Both the position numbers and the translations under genes were made by a program. From contig DATLSH010000079.1 of NCBI GenBank assembly GCA_035534235.1, positions 2,640 through 66,639 on the forward strand: a stretch of 64,000 nt of DNA, written 5' to 3'. Each line of letters opens with the position of its first letter. The stretch's first letter is position 1. Below, piece after piece: positions 9,323 through 18,823 of the stretch. This stretch comes from Acidimicrobiales bacterium (GTDB taxonomy: Bacteria; Actinomycetota; Acidimicrobiia; Acidimicrobiales; RAAP-2). The notes under the pieces are model-generated. The model had not been told where the DNA came from and did not search any database. It worked only from the letters and a program-made list of their open reading frames with translations.

Positions 9323-12300
9323 TCAACCATCCGGTCGGGCCCTGGGGCCACCGAGCAGGCTCACGCCGAGGGCACCCACGGCAAGTCCGGCCAGCGCCTG
9401 GGAGGTGTAGCTCCCGGTCCCGATCCACGGGCCGGCAAGGTAAGCCGGATTGATGGCAATGGTGACCCCGGCCAGCAACGCTCCCCCGAAGGCCGTCCAG
9501 GCGAGCCACGAGTGACGTGGGGAGAAGATCCTCCCCAGGACGATCAGAGGTGGTACTGCGAGCGCCACCGGTCCGGCAATGAGAAACACGGTCGCGCCCA
9601 GGAACACCGCCCAAGACAGCCCACGAAGCACCGACATGGGTGGGGCCGACCGGGCGCTGCCCTCCACTGCCTCACCCGTGTCCACCAATCCACGTGACGG
9701 CGCGGCTTCCATCGCCACGGCTTCGCCAAGATGGCGCCGCCGGAGAGTGAGCAGTGACCAGACAGCGAGCACCAGGGCCAGCACGCCTCCCACGCCGAGT
9801 ACCAGGCGGAACGGCTCCTCCGGGGTGAAGTGCATGTCGACGACCTGGGGCTGTGAGCTGGCCGGAAGGATCCAGCCCTGCTGCCAACCCTCGAGGCGGA
9901 CGGCGTGAAGTCTCCGTCCGTTCACCATCGCCATCCATCCGGAGCTGAAATTCTGATGAACGTTCACTATTGCAGCCGGTCCCGCCGATGCGGTGACGGT
10001 GCGATCTTCGGCTCCCCATCGCACAACGGTGACACTACGTGGGGGACCCAACTGTTGCAGAGGTGTCCCGATGAGGAGGAGGCTGGTGATCTTGAAGCTC
10101 CCGGAGTCATCGCCGGCGGTGAAGGTGTGCGTGCCCGGCAGCAGGGTGAGGGCTCTCCCGCCCGGGCAAGGAGTCATGGACATCGGCCTCAGTGCATAGA
10201 AGTCCCCCATGGTTCCGCTGACGGCTGTCGGGTAGTGCACGCCATCCATCGTCACGGTCGGGCCGGAACCGCAGGGCAACACGAATGGAGCCTTCAACTC
10301 TGCCTCCGAAGTGAGGGGCTGGGCTGGAGACGGGAACTCCCGGGCATAGAGGAAGGGTGAGATTCGGGGGGTGGCCTCTCCACCCACCAAGAACGTGGCC
10401 GCACGGGGCACAGTGAAGGTCCTGGACATGTTGACCTGGTCGTCGGGAGTCTTGAAGAAGGCGAGCTGGTTGGGCATGGGAGAGGTGAAGAGATAGGTGG
10501 GAGTGATGTGCGCGCTGGAACTCCCGTCATCGGGGACCTTCCAACTCTGGGCCACCGTGAGCCCGGGAATGAGAATGTGTGAGATCGCCGGTCCCGTGAC
10601 GAATTCGGTCTTGGGTTCCTTAAGGCCGACCAACGTGATCCGCAAACGGCGAGTTTCGCCCACGGGGGTGGGAACTGATTGAGGCCGGGCCTCGGATGCC
10701 AGCATGGACGTGACCTGTCCGCGATCGGTGGAGATCCTCACTTTCGTGATGTCGGTCTGCATCGGCTCGGTCGGTCCGGGCGTGATGGTGACCTCGTGAA
10801 GTCGCAATGGGTGCAGGAATCGGATCTCAATCCAAGGGCTTCGGTCGGTCGGGCTGGCTTGCCACATGGAGCCCACGGTTCCCGGCAGGAGTGCGGCGAG
10901 CGGCTGAAGCCCCGGTACACTCGTGAAGAGCGGGCCGTAGGACGATGCAGCCACCGAGCTTACGCCCGTCAGCGAGCTCACTGTCTCGTGCCGGGTGCCG
11001 GGGACGACGATCCATTGCTTGGGTTGTCCGAGAGTACCCGCCGCGGTTTCTCCGGGCGAGAGCAGATACGAGACGTTGTCATACAGGCTCGTGTAGGTAG
11101 TGGCTCGACGCTGCTGGGTATCGGAAACGACCCATGTCGTGTTCTTGAATGTCGGACCCAGCTCGTCACCGCTCAAGGTCACCGCAAGGTGCGGGAACTC
11201 CCCCGAGTCAGCCAGCGCGAGCATCGCCTGTGGGCCACCGGAGAGCCTGATGCCATCGGACAGTGGGTACGTGGTCACCAATGCCTCTCCCTCCCTGGCG
11301 GGGAGAACTCGGTAGATCTCCAACGACCGGATGGCGGAAGTGACTCCGTGCGGATCGTAGAGGCTCACGGTACCGGGTCCCGAATCCGAATGGCCGACCA
11401 CCGGCCCGAAGCGAGCCACCCGGTCCACGCCGGGCTCGTTGGCCAGCACAAGGCGGATGGCGGCCGGTGGTGGGCTGCCCGTGGTGGCCGAACTGACGTC
11501 GTTCTCCACCAACAGGTAGCGCACGCCCGCCCGGGCCAGATAGGGGGCCAACCCACTCTCGGGTTGTCCGCTGGCCAAGACCCGGTCGATGGAATCGAGG
11601 AACTGGGTGTTGCCGACGGAGCCCAGAGGCGCGATGGCGCGATTCGCCCAGGGAACGGACGCCAATGGCTGAATAGGCTGGTCGAGAGGGTTGCCCCAGC
11701 TGAGGTCGGCGAAGGCGTTCCCCGGAATGAGCAGGGTAGTGGACATCCCACCCCGGGTATTGAGCCAGTCGACGGCCTGGTGCCAATAGGCGGGGATAGC
11801 GACGAAGGACCCTTCCGGGTAGATCTGGCCAGTCAAGGCCGGTCCGGCGACCAAGGCCACCGTGGCGGCGGTGACAGCGAAGAGCCCCACCTGTAGGGGC
11901 CTCCTTCCCAGCCGTTTCGACCTGACCAGGGCGATGGCACTGTGCTCCACGGCGTGCACGAACCCCAAGACCAGCGCCAACGTGATCACCGGTTGAAATT
12001 TCGCGATGTTGCGAAATACCGCCAACGGACCGTCGAGCGCCGCGTGGACGGTTACCGCGAGCGGGCCACCGAAAGGGCCCCAGTAGCCCGAGCACACCAC
12101 ACCCACACCGAGGAGCACCGCAGTCGCCAGGAGATTCCGCTGAGGCATCTCTCGACGAGCGAGACCGTAGAGTCCGGTCGCGGCGATCAGGGCAGAGGCC
12201 ACAATGACGGCCGGATTTGACTCAATCATGAGCCCGGCCGTGGTCCAGGTCGGAGCGAGACTAAAGGACGTCCAGATCCCTGCGCCTCTCAGTACCTCGG

Positions 12301-13195
12301 CGATGCTCGATGTCGCCGTAGTTGTATTCGCCGTCTCCGTGTACGGGACCGCGTTGAACCAGTACTTCGCCTGGAACAGCAGCGGCAGGACAAACCATGC
12401 GGTGGCAAGGCCGACGGATATCAACCAGAGGACGAAGAGCCTGGCCTGTCTGCGTACGGGTCTCCTGGTGGCGAACCAGAGCACGGGCAGAACGAGAACG
12501 GCAGCGACTTCTGTCGCGTTGATGCCCCCCATGAGTAGCACGGCAAGCCCCGATCGTGCCGCACCCGCCCCAGGAGTCAACCGACCTTGCTCCACCCGGA
12601 CGAGGGGGAGGATGACCCAGGGAAGCAAGACGGCCGGAATGACGTAGGCGGTATCGTGAATCTGCACCAGGAGGAAAGGCGAGAGTGCGTAGGCCGCTCC
12701 CCCGGCCAGGCGCGACCATCGACCACCGATTCTCATGGCTTCTGCCAGGAACACTGTTCCCCACGTGGCCACGATCAGGAGCAATCCCAACCACAGCCGC
12801 TGAATGATCCATTCGGGTAGATGTGCCGACGAACCGAGCCAGTAGAAGGGGCCCAGGGGGAAAAGATAGCCATAGGCTTGATTCGGTACCGACCCGAAAT
12901 TGACGTTCGGGTCCCACAAGTGGGTTGCGTCGGACAAGAAGCGGCCAGGATCGATGCTGAGATCCAGTTTGGTATCGCGGACGATTCGGCCGGGACGCTG
13001 CAGGAACGCAACCACCACCAAACATATGGTGAGGAGAGATTCGGGAAAGCGACCCGGAAGCACCGGGATTGCGTGGCGAGCTTTCACCCGATGTTTTCCC
13101 CGACCGCTGGCGGTCGGGGAGTCCCCTTCGGACGGAGTGCCGGCAGTGAAGGTCGAGCCCATGCGCGGAGTCTCAGGAACCCGAAGGCGGCACAC
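9323..13195 (-). CDS. AftD-like GT-C membrane glycosyltransferase (alpha-(1->3)-arabinofuranosyltransferase family, DUF3367) with discoidin-like extracytoplasmic region
   Basis: 1290 aa. The N-terminal block RDTKLDLSIDPGRFLSDATHLWDPNVNFGSVPNQAYGYLFPLGPFYW matches the AftD/DUF3367 signature as I recall it. There are many TM helices at both ends and a large central soluble region. Confidence 0.7.
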   Translation of the reverse strand: MCRLRVPETPRMGSTFTAGTPSEGDSPTASGRGKHRVKARHAIPVLPGRFPESLLTICLVVVAFLQRPGRIVRDTKLDLSIDPGRFLSDATHLWDPNVNFGSVPNQAYGYLFPLGPFYWLGSSAHLPEWIIQRLWLGLLLIVATWGTVFLAEAMRIGGRWSRLAGGAAYALSPFLLVQIHDTAYVIPAVLLPWVILPLVRVEQGRLTPGAGAARSGLAVLLMGGINATEVAAVLVLPVLWFATRRPVRRQARLFVLWLISVGLATAWFVLPLLFQAKYWFNAVPYTETANTTTATSSIAEVLRGAGIWTSFSLAPTWTTAGLMIESNPAVIVASALIAATGLYGLARREMPQRNLLATAVLLGVGVVCSGYWGPFGGPLAVTVHAALDGPLAVFRNIAKFQPVITLALVLGFVHAVEHSAIALVRSKRLGRRPLQVGLFAVTAATVALVAGPALTGQIYPEGSFVAIPAYWHQAVDWLNTRGGMSTTLLIPGNAFADLSWGNPLDQPIQPLASVPWANRAIAPLGSVGNTQFLDSIDRVLASGQPESGLAPYLARAGVRYLLVENDVSSATTGSPPPAAIRLVLANEPGVDRVARFGPVVGHSDSGPGTVSLYDPHGVTSAIRSLEIYRVLPAREGEALVTTYPLSDGIRLSGGPQAMLALADSGEFPHLAVTLSGDELGPTFKNTTWVVSDTQQRRATTYTSLYDNVSYLLSPGETAAGTLGQPKQWIVVPGTRHETVSSLTGVSSVAASSYGPLFTSVPGLQPLAALLPGTVGSMWQASPTDRSPWIEIRFLHPLRLHEVTITPGPTEPMQTDITKVRISTDRGQVTSMLASEARPQSVPTPVGETRRLRITLVGLKEPKTEFVTGPAISHILIPGLTVAQSWKVPDDGSSSAHITPTYLFTSPMPNQLAFFKTPDDQVNMSRTFTVPRAATFLVGGEATPRISPFLYAREFPSPAQPLTSEAELKAPFVLPCGSGPTVTMDGVHYPTAVSGTMGDFYALRPMSMTPCPGGRALTLLPGTHTFTAGDDSGSFKITSLLLIGTPLQQLGPPRSVTVVRWGAEDRTVTASAGPAAIVNVHQNFSSGWMAMVNGRRLHAVRLEGWQQGWILPASSQPQVVDMHFTPEEPFRLVLGVGGVLALVLAVWSLLTLRRRHLGEAVAMEAAPSRGLVDTGEAVEGSARSAPPMSVLRGLSWAVFLGATVFLIAGPVALAVPPLIVLGRIFSPRHSWLAWTAFGGALLAGVTIAINPAYLAGPWIGTGSYTSQALAGLAVGALGVSLLGGPRARPDG

Positions 13196-13423
13196 GGCGA
13201 GTCACCAGCCTGCCACTGAAGGTCACCTTTGCCGCTCGGTCCGCTCTCATCGCAATGTGGAACTTAGGACGTTTCGTGCCCCCACAGCACTGGCCTCCCT
13301 ACGGGCAGGATTGATATCGTCCTTCGTTCCGCACTTTCCCGCCGACAATTCTGATTGGGGCCCCATGCACAGGTTCGGCGAATGCAGCCAGGTGGCCGAC
13401 GGTAGATTCATGGGACGACCTGC

Positions 13424-14188
13424 ATGCACGTAGGGAGCTCGCTCCATCAGCTGAGCTCCGAGTGGGACGAGCTGGCAGAACTCGACCCTATGTGGGCGAT
13501 CATCTCGGATCGCGACAAGAAGCATGCGCGTTGGGACCTTCACGAATTTCTGGAGAGCGGCCGCACCGAAGTAGCCCGAGCCCTTGAAACAATCCGGGCC
13601 ACCGGACTTTCCCTCGGCACGGGGTCGGCGCTGGATTTCGGTTGTGGACTCGGCCGCCTGACCGCGGCGCTCGGACAACACTTCGATCACGTCATGGGCC
13701 TGGATGTATCTCCGGCCATGGTCCTTTCTGCTCAACGGATCCACCATGGTGTGTCGGGGTTGGAGTTCACCGCGAACCTGCGCGCCGATTTGAACATGCT
13801 GGCGAGCGAGTCTTTCGATTTCGTCTTCACTTCGAGGGTACTGCAGCATCTTCCGGACCCGGAAATGGCGAAGGCATACATTTCCGAGTTCGTTCGTGTG
13901 TTGAAGCCGGGAGGAATCGCCCAGTTCCAGATTCCCGTCCGTACCGGCTTCCGCATGTTCGCCAACCGCCGCACTCCATATGTCGTCCTCCGGAGGCTTG
14001 GCCTCTCCCCCGCCTTCTTGTACGGAAGACTCGGACTTCATCCGATGCATCTCATTTCCGTCCCTTTCGACGAGGTCCGAGCGACCATCGTCGATGCAGG
14101 CTCCCGGATCGTGACGACGGAACCTGATGGCCATTGGTCATTGCTGGAGAACTCCGGGTTCGTGTTCACCGTGCTGAAACCAACGTGA
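13424..14188 (+). CDS. class I SAM-dependent methyltransferase
   Basis: ALDFGCGLGRLTAAL (motif I) ... FDFVFTSRVLQHLPD ... LKPGGIAQFQ. Confidence 0.8.
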   Translation: MHVGSSLHQLSSEWDELAELDPMWAIISDRDKKHARWDLHEFLESGRTEVARALETIRATGLSLGTGSALDFGCGLGRLTAALGQHFDHVMGLDVSPAMVLSAQRIHHGVSGLEFTANLRADLNMLASESFDFVFTSRVLQHLPDPEMAKAYISEFVRVLKPGGIAQFQIPVRTGFRMFANRRTPYVVLRRLGLSPAFLYGRLGLHPMHLISVPFDEVRATIVDAGSRIVTTEPDGHWSLLENSGFVFTVLKPT

Positions 14189-14197
14189 GGAGTGCAG

Positions 14198-15277
14198 TCA
14201 GGGTGCCGATACGTCGGAAACTGCAGTCCCGCTCTTGAACGAGAGCGGAGCCATCCTCTCGATCTCCGCTTCCGTGAATGTTGCTTTCACAATGGTCGCG
14301 GAGGGTACGCAGCGTTCGAGCCCGCTGATCAGGTTGTCCATCTCATGCTGGCCATAAAGCGGCAGGAGCACCAACACGTCCCCTCGCCACTGCACGATCG
14401 GCACGGTGGGTCCCAGGAGCGAGCGAGCTCTCTCGATGGTCGGGTTGATCCCCTTAGTAGACCGGACCACCACCGCATGGACGTGCTGGGTGTCTTGGTG
14501 CTCGCTCCGGATCCGGAGCAGATCGGTCACCATGGACCAGGGATCCGCCAGCGGCCGGATGCGACTCCCGCCGACCTGGACCCACCGGACCGGCACCTCC
14601 GCCACCCGGAGTCCCAGGCGTACAGCCCGGTCCAACACTTCCACGTCGAAGGCAAACCGGTCGATCGCCGAGTAATGGAAGAGAATACGAGCCACCGGAG
14701 TGCGGTACGCCTTGAACCCGCACTGGGTATCACTGAAGGGCAGGCCGATGAGCGCCCGGACAATCCCCGTGAAGGCCCGACCGCTGACCACCCGGAAGAA
14801 TGTGTCGGCTTCGGTGATCGAATCGGGAAGTGAACGTGAACCGATGGCCACGTCCGTTTCCTTGAGCGCAGTGAGGAGCAATGAGAGCTGTGACGGATGG
14901 ACTGCCATGTCGGCATCCATGAGAGCGGTCACCGCTCCGCGTGCCTGGGCCACGCCCGCCCGGATAGCGGCACCCTTGCCTCGGTTCTCGACGAGCCCGA
15001 TGACCCGGGAGCCCGGAACTGTCCTCAGGAGATTCCGGGCCCTTTCGGCCGTGTCGTCCGTGCTTCCATCATCCACCACAATGATCTCAATCGACTGTGA
15101 ACCTAGTTCCCCCCGCGCCATGGAGCTCACAAGCGTGTCCAGACCGATGGCTATCCGCTTCCCTTCGTTGAAGGCCGGAATGACGATGGTGAGCTTAACT
15201 TCATTCAGTTCTGAATCGCTCCGAAAGGCTTGATCGGCCAAACTCACACAACTCGCCCCATCTCGCCGTGTCTCCAT
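14198..15277 (-). CDS. GT2 glycosyltransferase (dolichyl/polyprenyl-phosphate hexose synthase-like) with C-terminal extension
   Basis: KLTIVIPAFNEG...IIVVDDGSTDDT...GKGAAIRAGV...MDADM. The start is set at ATG 15277 because the longer track ORF (to 15556) runs through tRNA-Pro. Confidence 0.8.
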   Translation of the reverse strand: METRRDGASCVSLADQAFRSDSELNEVKLTIVIPAFNEGKRIAIGLDTLVSSMARGELGSQSIEIIVVDDGSTDDTAERARNLLRTVPGSRVIGLVENRGKGAAIRAGVAQARGAVTALMDADMAVHPSQLSLLLTALKETDVAIGSRSLPDSITEADTFFRVVSGRAFTGIVRALIGLPFSDTQCGFKAYRTPVARILFHYSAIDRFAFDVEVLDRAVRLGLRVAEVPVRWVQVGGSRIRPLADPWSMVTDLLRIRSEHQDTQHVHAVVVRSTKGINPTIERARSLLGPTVPIVQWRGDVLVLLPLYGQHEMDNLISGLERCVPSATIVKATFTEAEIERMAPLSFKSGTAVSDVSAP

Positions 15278-15339
15278 CCCATCCACATCACCCCCATGGC
15301 CGACTATCCCCCGGCACGAACGCCGGCTACCGCATCCGG

Positions 15340-15414
15340 TCGGGCTGCCGGGATTTGAACCCGGGACCTCTTGACCCCCAGTCAAGCGCGCTAACCAAGC
15401 TGCGCCACAGCCCG
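15340..15414 (-). tRNA. tRNA-Pro (anticodon GGG)
   Basis: The reverse complement folds as a cloverleaf: acceptor CGGGCTG/CAGCCCG, D stem GCGC/GCGC, anticodon stem CTTGA/TCAAG with loop CTGGGGG, and T arm CCGGG-TTCAAAT-CCCGG. It is 75 nt, has discriminator A, and CCA is not encoded. Confidence 0.9.
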
Positions 15415-15562
15415 TGACAACTGCTTTCCGGTCAGGCACCCATATGCGACAAGTGCCGTTCCGTCCGCCCGGTTGTGCGTGCGACGCGGTCAGGAGCGAA
15501 GTTGAAAGCACAGCAGTGTACCGCGCCCGGAAGAGGGCGTCGGTGAGCACCGACAAGGCTCG

Positions 15563-16654
15563 TTATGAGCTTCGGCGAAGGCCCTGATGCAATCCGGTGA
15601 CCCTGTCGATCAGGCGCCGTTCTCCCGGATTGAAGATCTGGTAACGGCCGCCACCGCCGCGTTTAGCCTGGTACATGGCGACGTCCGCATCGTGCAAGAG
15701 GTCGTCTGAGACGACAGTGGCGCTTTCGGCCAAGGCGATTCCGATGCTGGCGCGAGCTTCCACGTTCCCTATCGACAGACTGATCGTCTTGCCAAGTGTG
15801 CTGATCACGCGGGCGGCAATTAGCTCCGCCTCGGACCTGTCCTTAAGGTCTGGGCAGAGAATGACGAACTCGTCACCGGCCAGGCGGGCCAGGGTGTCGC
15901 CCGGCCGCATGAGCCTCTTGAGGCGTCCGGTGATGGATACCAGTAGCTCATCGCCGATCCGGTGCCCGTGCGCGTCATTGATCATCTTGAAATTGTCGAG
16001 ATCGAAGTACAGTATGCAGATCAGGCCGCTCGCAAGCCGATGGCGAGCCAGCACCTTGTCCAGGGATTCGAACAGCAGTGTCCGATTGGCCAGACCGGTC
16101 AGCGGGTCGTGCAGGGCGCTCTCGCGTGATCGCTCCAACGAGCTCTGCAGGTCGGCCCGGGTGGCAGCGTTGAGCAGGTAGGCCGCTGTCACGTCGGCCA
16201 ACGTCTGGGCTGCCTTCGTGGTTGCAGGGTCCAGCAACCCGGGGGCATTGCGATACAGCGCGAGCGCACCCATCCGGTTGTCACCGGCGCGCAGCGGGAA
16301 TGCGAAGGCGGCAGCCAAGCCCTCCTCCTGCAGCCTGTGCGTGAACCTCGGGAACCGGTCATCCCGACCCAGATCCGGCACTGCGACGGCTTTGCCGGTC
16401 TGATAGGCGACAAGGCAGGGACCTTGGCCGAGATTGTTCTGCAGGCACTCGAACTTCAACGCCAGACCGCTCGATGCCGCGACGTAGCGCGGACCGCCAC
16501 CCATGCCGATCAGGGTCACCGCAGCCGCCGTGATCGGAGCTACCTCCACGATGCGTGCGACCAGGCGATCCAGGATCTCCTGGATCGGCACATCAGTCAT
16601 CATGGTGCGGGCGAACTCGCTCAGAACGTCTGCGAGTCTCTCATCACTCTCCAC
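15563..16654 (-). CDS. GAF domain diguanylate cyclase (GGDEF, AGDEF variant)
   Basis: An N-terminal GAF domain is followed by HDPLTGLANRTLL...YFDLDNFKMINDAHGHRIGDELL...RPGDTLARLAGDEFVIL, with an RxxD I-site 5 residues before AGDEF. Confidence 0.85.
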   Translation of the reverse strand: MESDERLADVLSEFARTMMTDVPIQEILDRLVARIVEVAPITAAAVTLIGMGGGPRYVAASSGLALKFECLQNNLGQGPCLVAYQTGKAVAVPDLGRDDRFPRFTHRLQEEGLAAAFAFPLRAGDNRMGALALYRNAPGLLDPATTKAAQTLADVTAAYLLNAATRADLQSSLERSRESALHDPLTGLANRTLLFESLDKVLARHRLASGLICILYFDLDNFKMINDAHGHRIGDELLVSITGRLKRLMRPGDTLARLAGDEFVILCPDLKDRSEAELIAARVISTLGKTISLSIGNVEARASIGIALAESATVVSDDLLHDADVAMYQAKRGGGGRYQIFNPGERRLIDRVTGLHQGLRRSS

Positions 16655-17059
16655 TTCGACACCCCCAACACAGCCCGGTTCAAATGCACCGCGGGGTCAG
16701 GGCGGGAGGAAACATTTTCCGCAAGACCAATTTACCCGGTAGCGGGTGGAAAGAGAAGGGGACATCTGCGATCCTGGCGAGGGGGCCGGCTGGGCTTGGA
16801 CGGGAGGGAATGGGGGCGGGGTGGCCCCGTGACTTCCTGATGGATACCCCGGCCCCGATGAAAAGGGGTCCCATCGGAGGGTGGCGCTGCGGGGGTGATT
16901 GCGGCGCTGTACCGTGATGGTGGGTTCCACCAACTGGACCCGGATGAGCGTTGGCCCGGTCCCCTCCGGCGCACTTCCTTCGTGGATGGGAGAGTGTCCG
17001 TGCACCATCGGGTCCGAAGCGAAGGCGCTGCCCGCTCGACGAGTGCACCCCGAGCCTGA

Positions 17060-17755
17060 ATGTCAGCGGACCGTCTCAATCGCATCACTGCACGACTGGA
17101 GTCGGAGGGCGGTGAGGTGGGGAAACCCGCCCGCCTATGCCGGGTGGCCAAGGAGATCATCCGTGTTGACGGCGCAGGGGTCATGCTCATGTCCGGCGCT
17201 GTGCCCCAGGGTTCGCTGTGCTCCTCGAACAACGTCAGCAACCTGCTGGAGGAACTGCAGTACACCCTCGGCGAGGGCCCTTGTGTCGATGCTTACCAAC
17301 AGGATCGAGTCGTTCTTGAGCCGGATCTGGCCAATCCGGTCACGCCCCGATGGTTTGCCTTCACCCCGCGTGCGCTCGAAGCGGGCGTGGGTTCGGTGTT
17401 CGGATTCCCGTTGCGGTCCGGCACAGCCCGGTTGGGTGCCTTGAACCTCTACATGGATCGACCGGGCTCCCTCAGCGACGACCAGCATGCTGACGCCACT
17501 TTGATGGCTGATGTCATCACAGATCAGGTGCTCAATGGGCAGGCCGATGCCGTACAAGGAATGGCGGCCGGGGATCTCGAACTCAGTTCCAACTTCCAAT
17601 TCGTCGTGCACAATGCGGCGGGCATGGTGTCCGTGCAACTGGGAGTCAGCGTCACGGACGCGCTCATCCGCCTCCGTGCCCGTGCCTTCAGTGACAACCG
17701 GCTGGTCAGAGAGGTCGCCGAGGACGTTGTGGCACGAAGATTAAGCTTCTTGTGA
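17060..17755 (+). CDS. GAF-ANTAR RNA-binding antiterminator-type regulator
   Basis: The GAF domain contains LQYTLGEGPCVDAY...GALNLY. The C-terminal ANTAR domain reads VVHNAAGMVSVQLGVSVTDALIRLRARAFSDNRLVREVAEDVV. Confidence 0.85.
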   Translation: MSADRLNRITARLESEGGEVGKPARLCRVAKEIIRVDGAGVMLMSGAVPQGSLCSSNNVSNLLEELQYTLGEGPCVDAYQQDRVVLEPDLANPVTPRWFAFTPRALEAGVGSVFGFPLRSGTARLGALNLYMDRPGSLSDDQHADATLMADVITDQVLNGQADAVQGMAAGDLELSSNFQFVVHNAAGMVSVQLGVSVTDALIRLRARAFSDNRLVREVAEDVVARRLSFL

Positions 17756-18540
17756 GTCCCGGTCACGGGAAGCACCGGGGCTCACCGGGAGGCACGGTGG
17801 AGAAATCCCGAGATCACGCAATCGTTCGGTCTCTGGTCGAAATGGCCGACAACCTGGTGGACAATTTCGATGTGGTCGATCTCCTGACCGGATTGACTGA
17901 CCGTTGCGTGCGGGTGCTCGGGGTGTCCGCCGCCGGCGTCATGCTGGCCCAGGAATCCGCTGAGCTGCGGCTGGTGGCGTCCTCCAGCGAAACGATGCAG
18001 GTGGTGGAGCTCTTCGAGCTGCAGGCGGATGAGGGGCCCTGCCTCGAAGCCTTCCGTACCGGGGAGCGCGTCAGTCACGAGAACCTCCGCTCCGGTTCGG
18101 GTCGCTGGCCACGCTTCTCCGTCATTGCGCTCGAGGCCGGGTTCAAGTCGGTCTTCGCCCTTCCTCTACGACTACGTGAGAGGACGATCGGCGCGCTGAA
18201 CCTCTTCAGCATTGAGGAGGACCCCATGGACGAGCGTGATGTGATGGTGGCTCGTGGCTTTGCTGATCTGGCCACCATCAGTGTGCTCCAGCATGGTGCC
18301 GCCGCCGAGGCACAGCGGGTAAGCGAACAACTGACCCACGCCTTGACGAGCCGCATCGTGATCGAACAGGCCAAGGGGGTGGTCTCCGAACGCGCCAGGA
18401 TTGACATGACCCAAGCCTTCGATCGACTGCGTAGTTTCGCCCGCAGCCACCATCTGCGGCTGACCGATGTCGCCCAGAGCGCGATCGACGGGACCCTTGA
18501 TCCGAGCGTCTGGGTGCCGACGTCACCAGCCCCCGATTGA
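17752..18540 (+). CDS. GAF-ANTAR RNA-binding antiterminator-type regulator (second copy)
   Basis: The GAF domain contains ELQADEGPCLEAF...GALNLF. The ANTAR domain reads LTSRIVIEQAKGVVSERARIDMTQAFDRLRSFARSHHLRLTDVAQ. The start overlaps the upstream stop (GTGA). Confidence 0.85.
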   Translation: MSPGHGKHRGSPGGTVEKSRDHAIVRSLVEMADNLVDNFDVVDLLTGLTDRCVRVLGVSAAGVMLAQESAELRLVASSSETMQVVELFELQADEGPCLEAFRTGERVSHENLRSGSGRWPRFSVIALEAGFKSVFALPLRLRERTIGALNLFSIEEDPMDERDVMVARGFADLATISVLQHGAAAEAQRVSEQLTHALTSRIVIEQAKGVVSERARIDMTQAFDRLRSFARSHHLRLTDVAQSAIDGTLDPSVWVPTSPAPD

Positions 18541-18672
18541 CCCGCGACAGCATCGATACCTGAGGAGTTCGATGGACCGGACGCCGGTCAGTGGGGTAAG
18601 TTCCGGTGGCACCAATTGATCACCCCGGCGCGGTTCGGGGCGAGGCACCATGTGGCAGGGCGGGGAGGTCTG

Positions 18673-18819
18673 GTGACGGAAGAGCCGGCAGCAGAATTTG
18701 CCACCATCCGTGGCGATTTCCGGCCGGCCGAGGACGTGGACCATGTGGCCACTTGCGGCTGGCCCTACGAGACCCCGTGCCCCCGCTGCTACCCTTCCGC
18801 TTCCGCAGCCGAGGGATAG
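18673..18819 (+). CDS. hypothetical 48-aa Cys-containing peptide upstream of the kinase gene
   Basis: GTG 18673 is preceded by GGGGAGG at 4-nt spacing. The product is MTEEPAAEFATIRGDFRPAEDVDHVATCGWPYETPCPRCYPSASAAEG. Its stop lies 4 nt before the kinase ATG. I recognise no homologue. Confidence 0.3.
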   Translation: MTEEPAAEFATIRGDFRPAEDVDHVATCGWPYETPCPRCYPSASAAEG

Positions 18820-18823
18820 GCCG

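Noticed and set aside
15278-15556. N-terminal extension of the GT2 ORF (track ORF 14198..15556)
   Set aside because: The extension reads straight through tRNA-Pro (15340-15414). An internal ATG at 15277 gives a normal GT2 N-terminus.
16677-16685. GGTTCAAAT T-loop-like motif suggesting a second tRNA
   Set aside because: The flanking bases do not form a T stem or an acceptor stem, and no cloverleaf can be drawn.
18541-18672. ANTAR dual-hexaloop hairpin target between the ANTAR genes and the kinase gene
   Set aside because: Only short generic hairpins (GACCGG-acg-CCGGTC and CCCCG-n8-CGGGG) were seen. Neither has the paired hexaloop architecture, and I cannot call a target without a covariance model.
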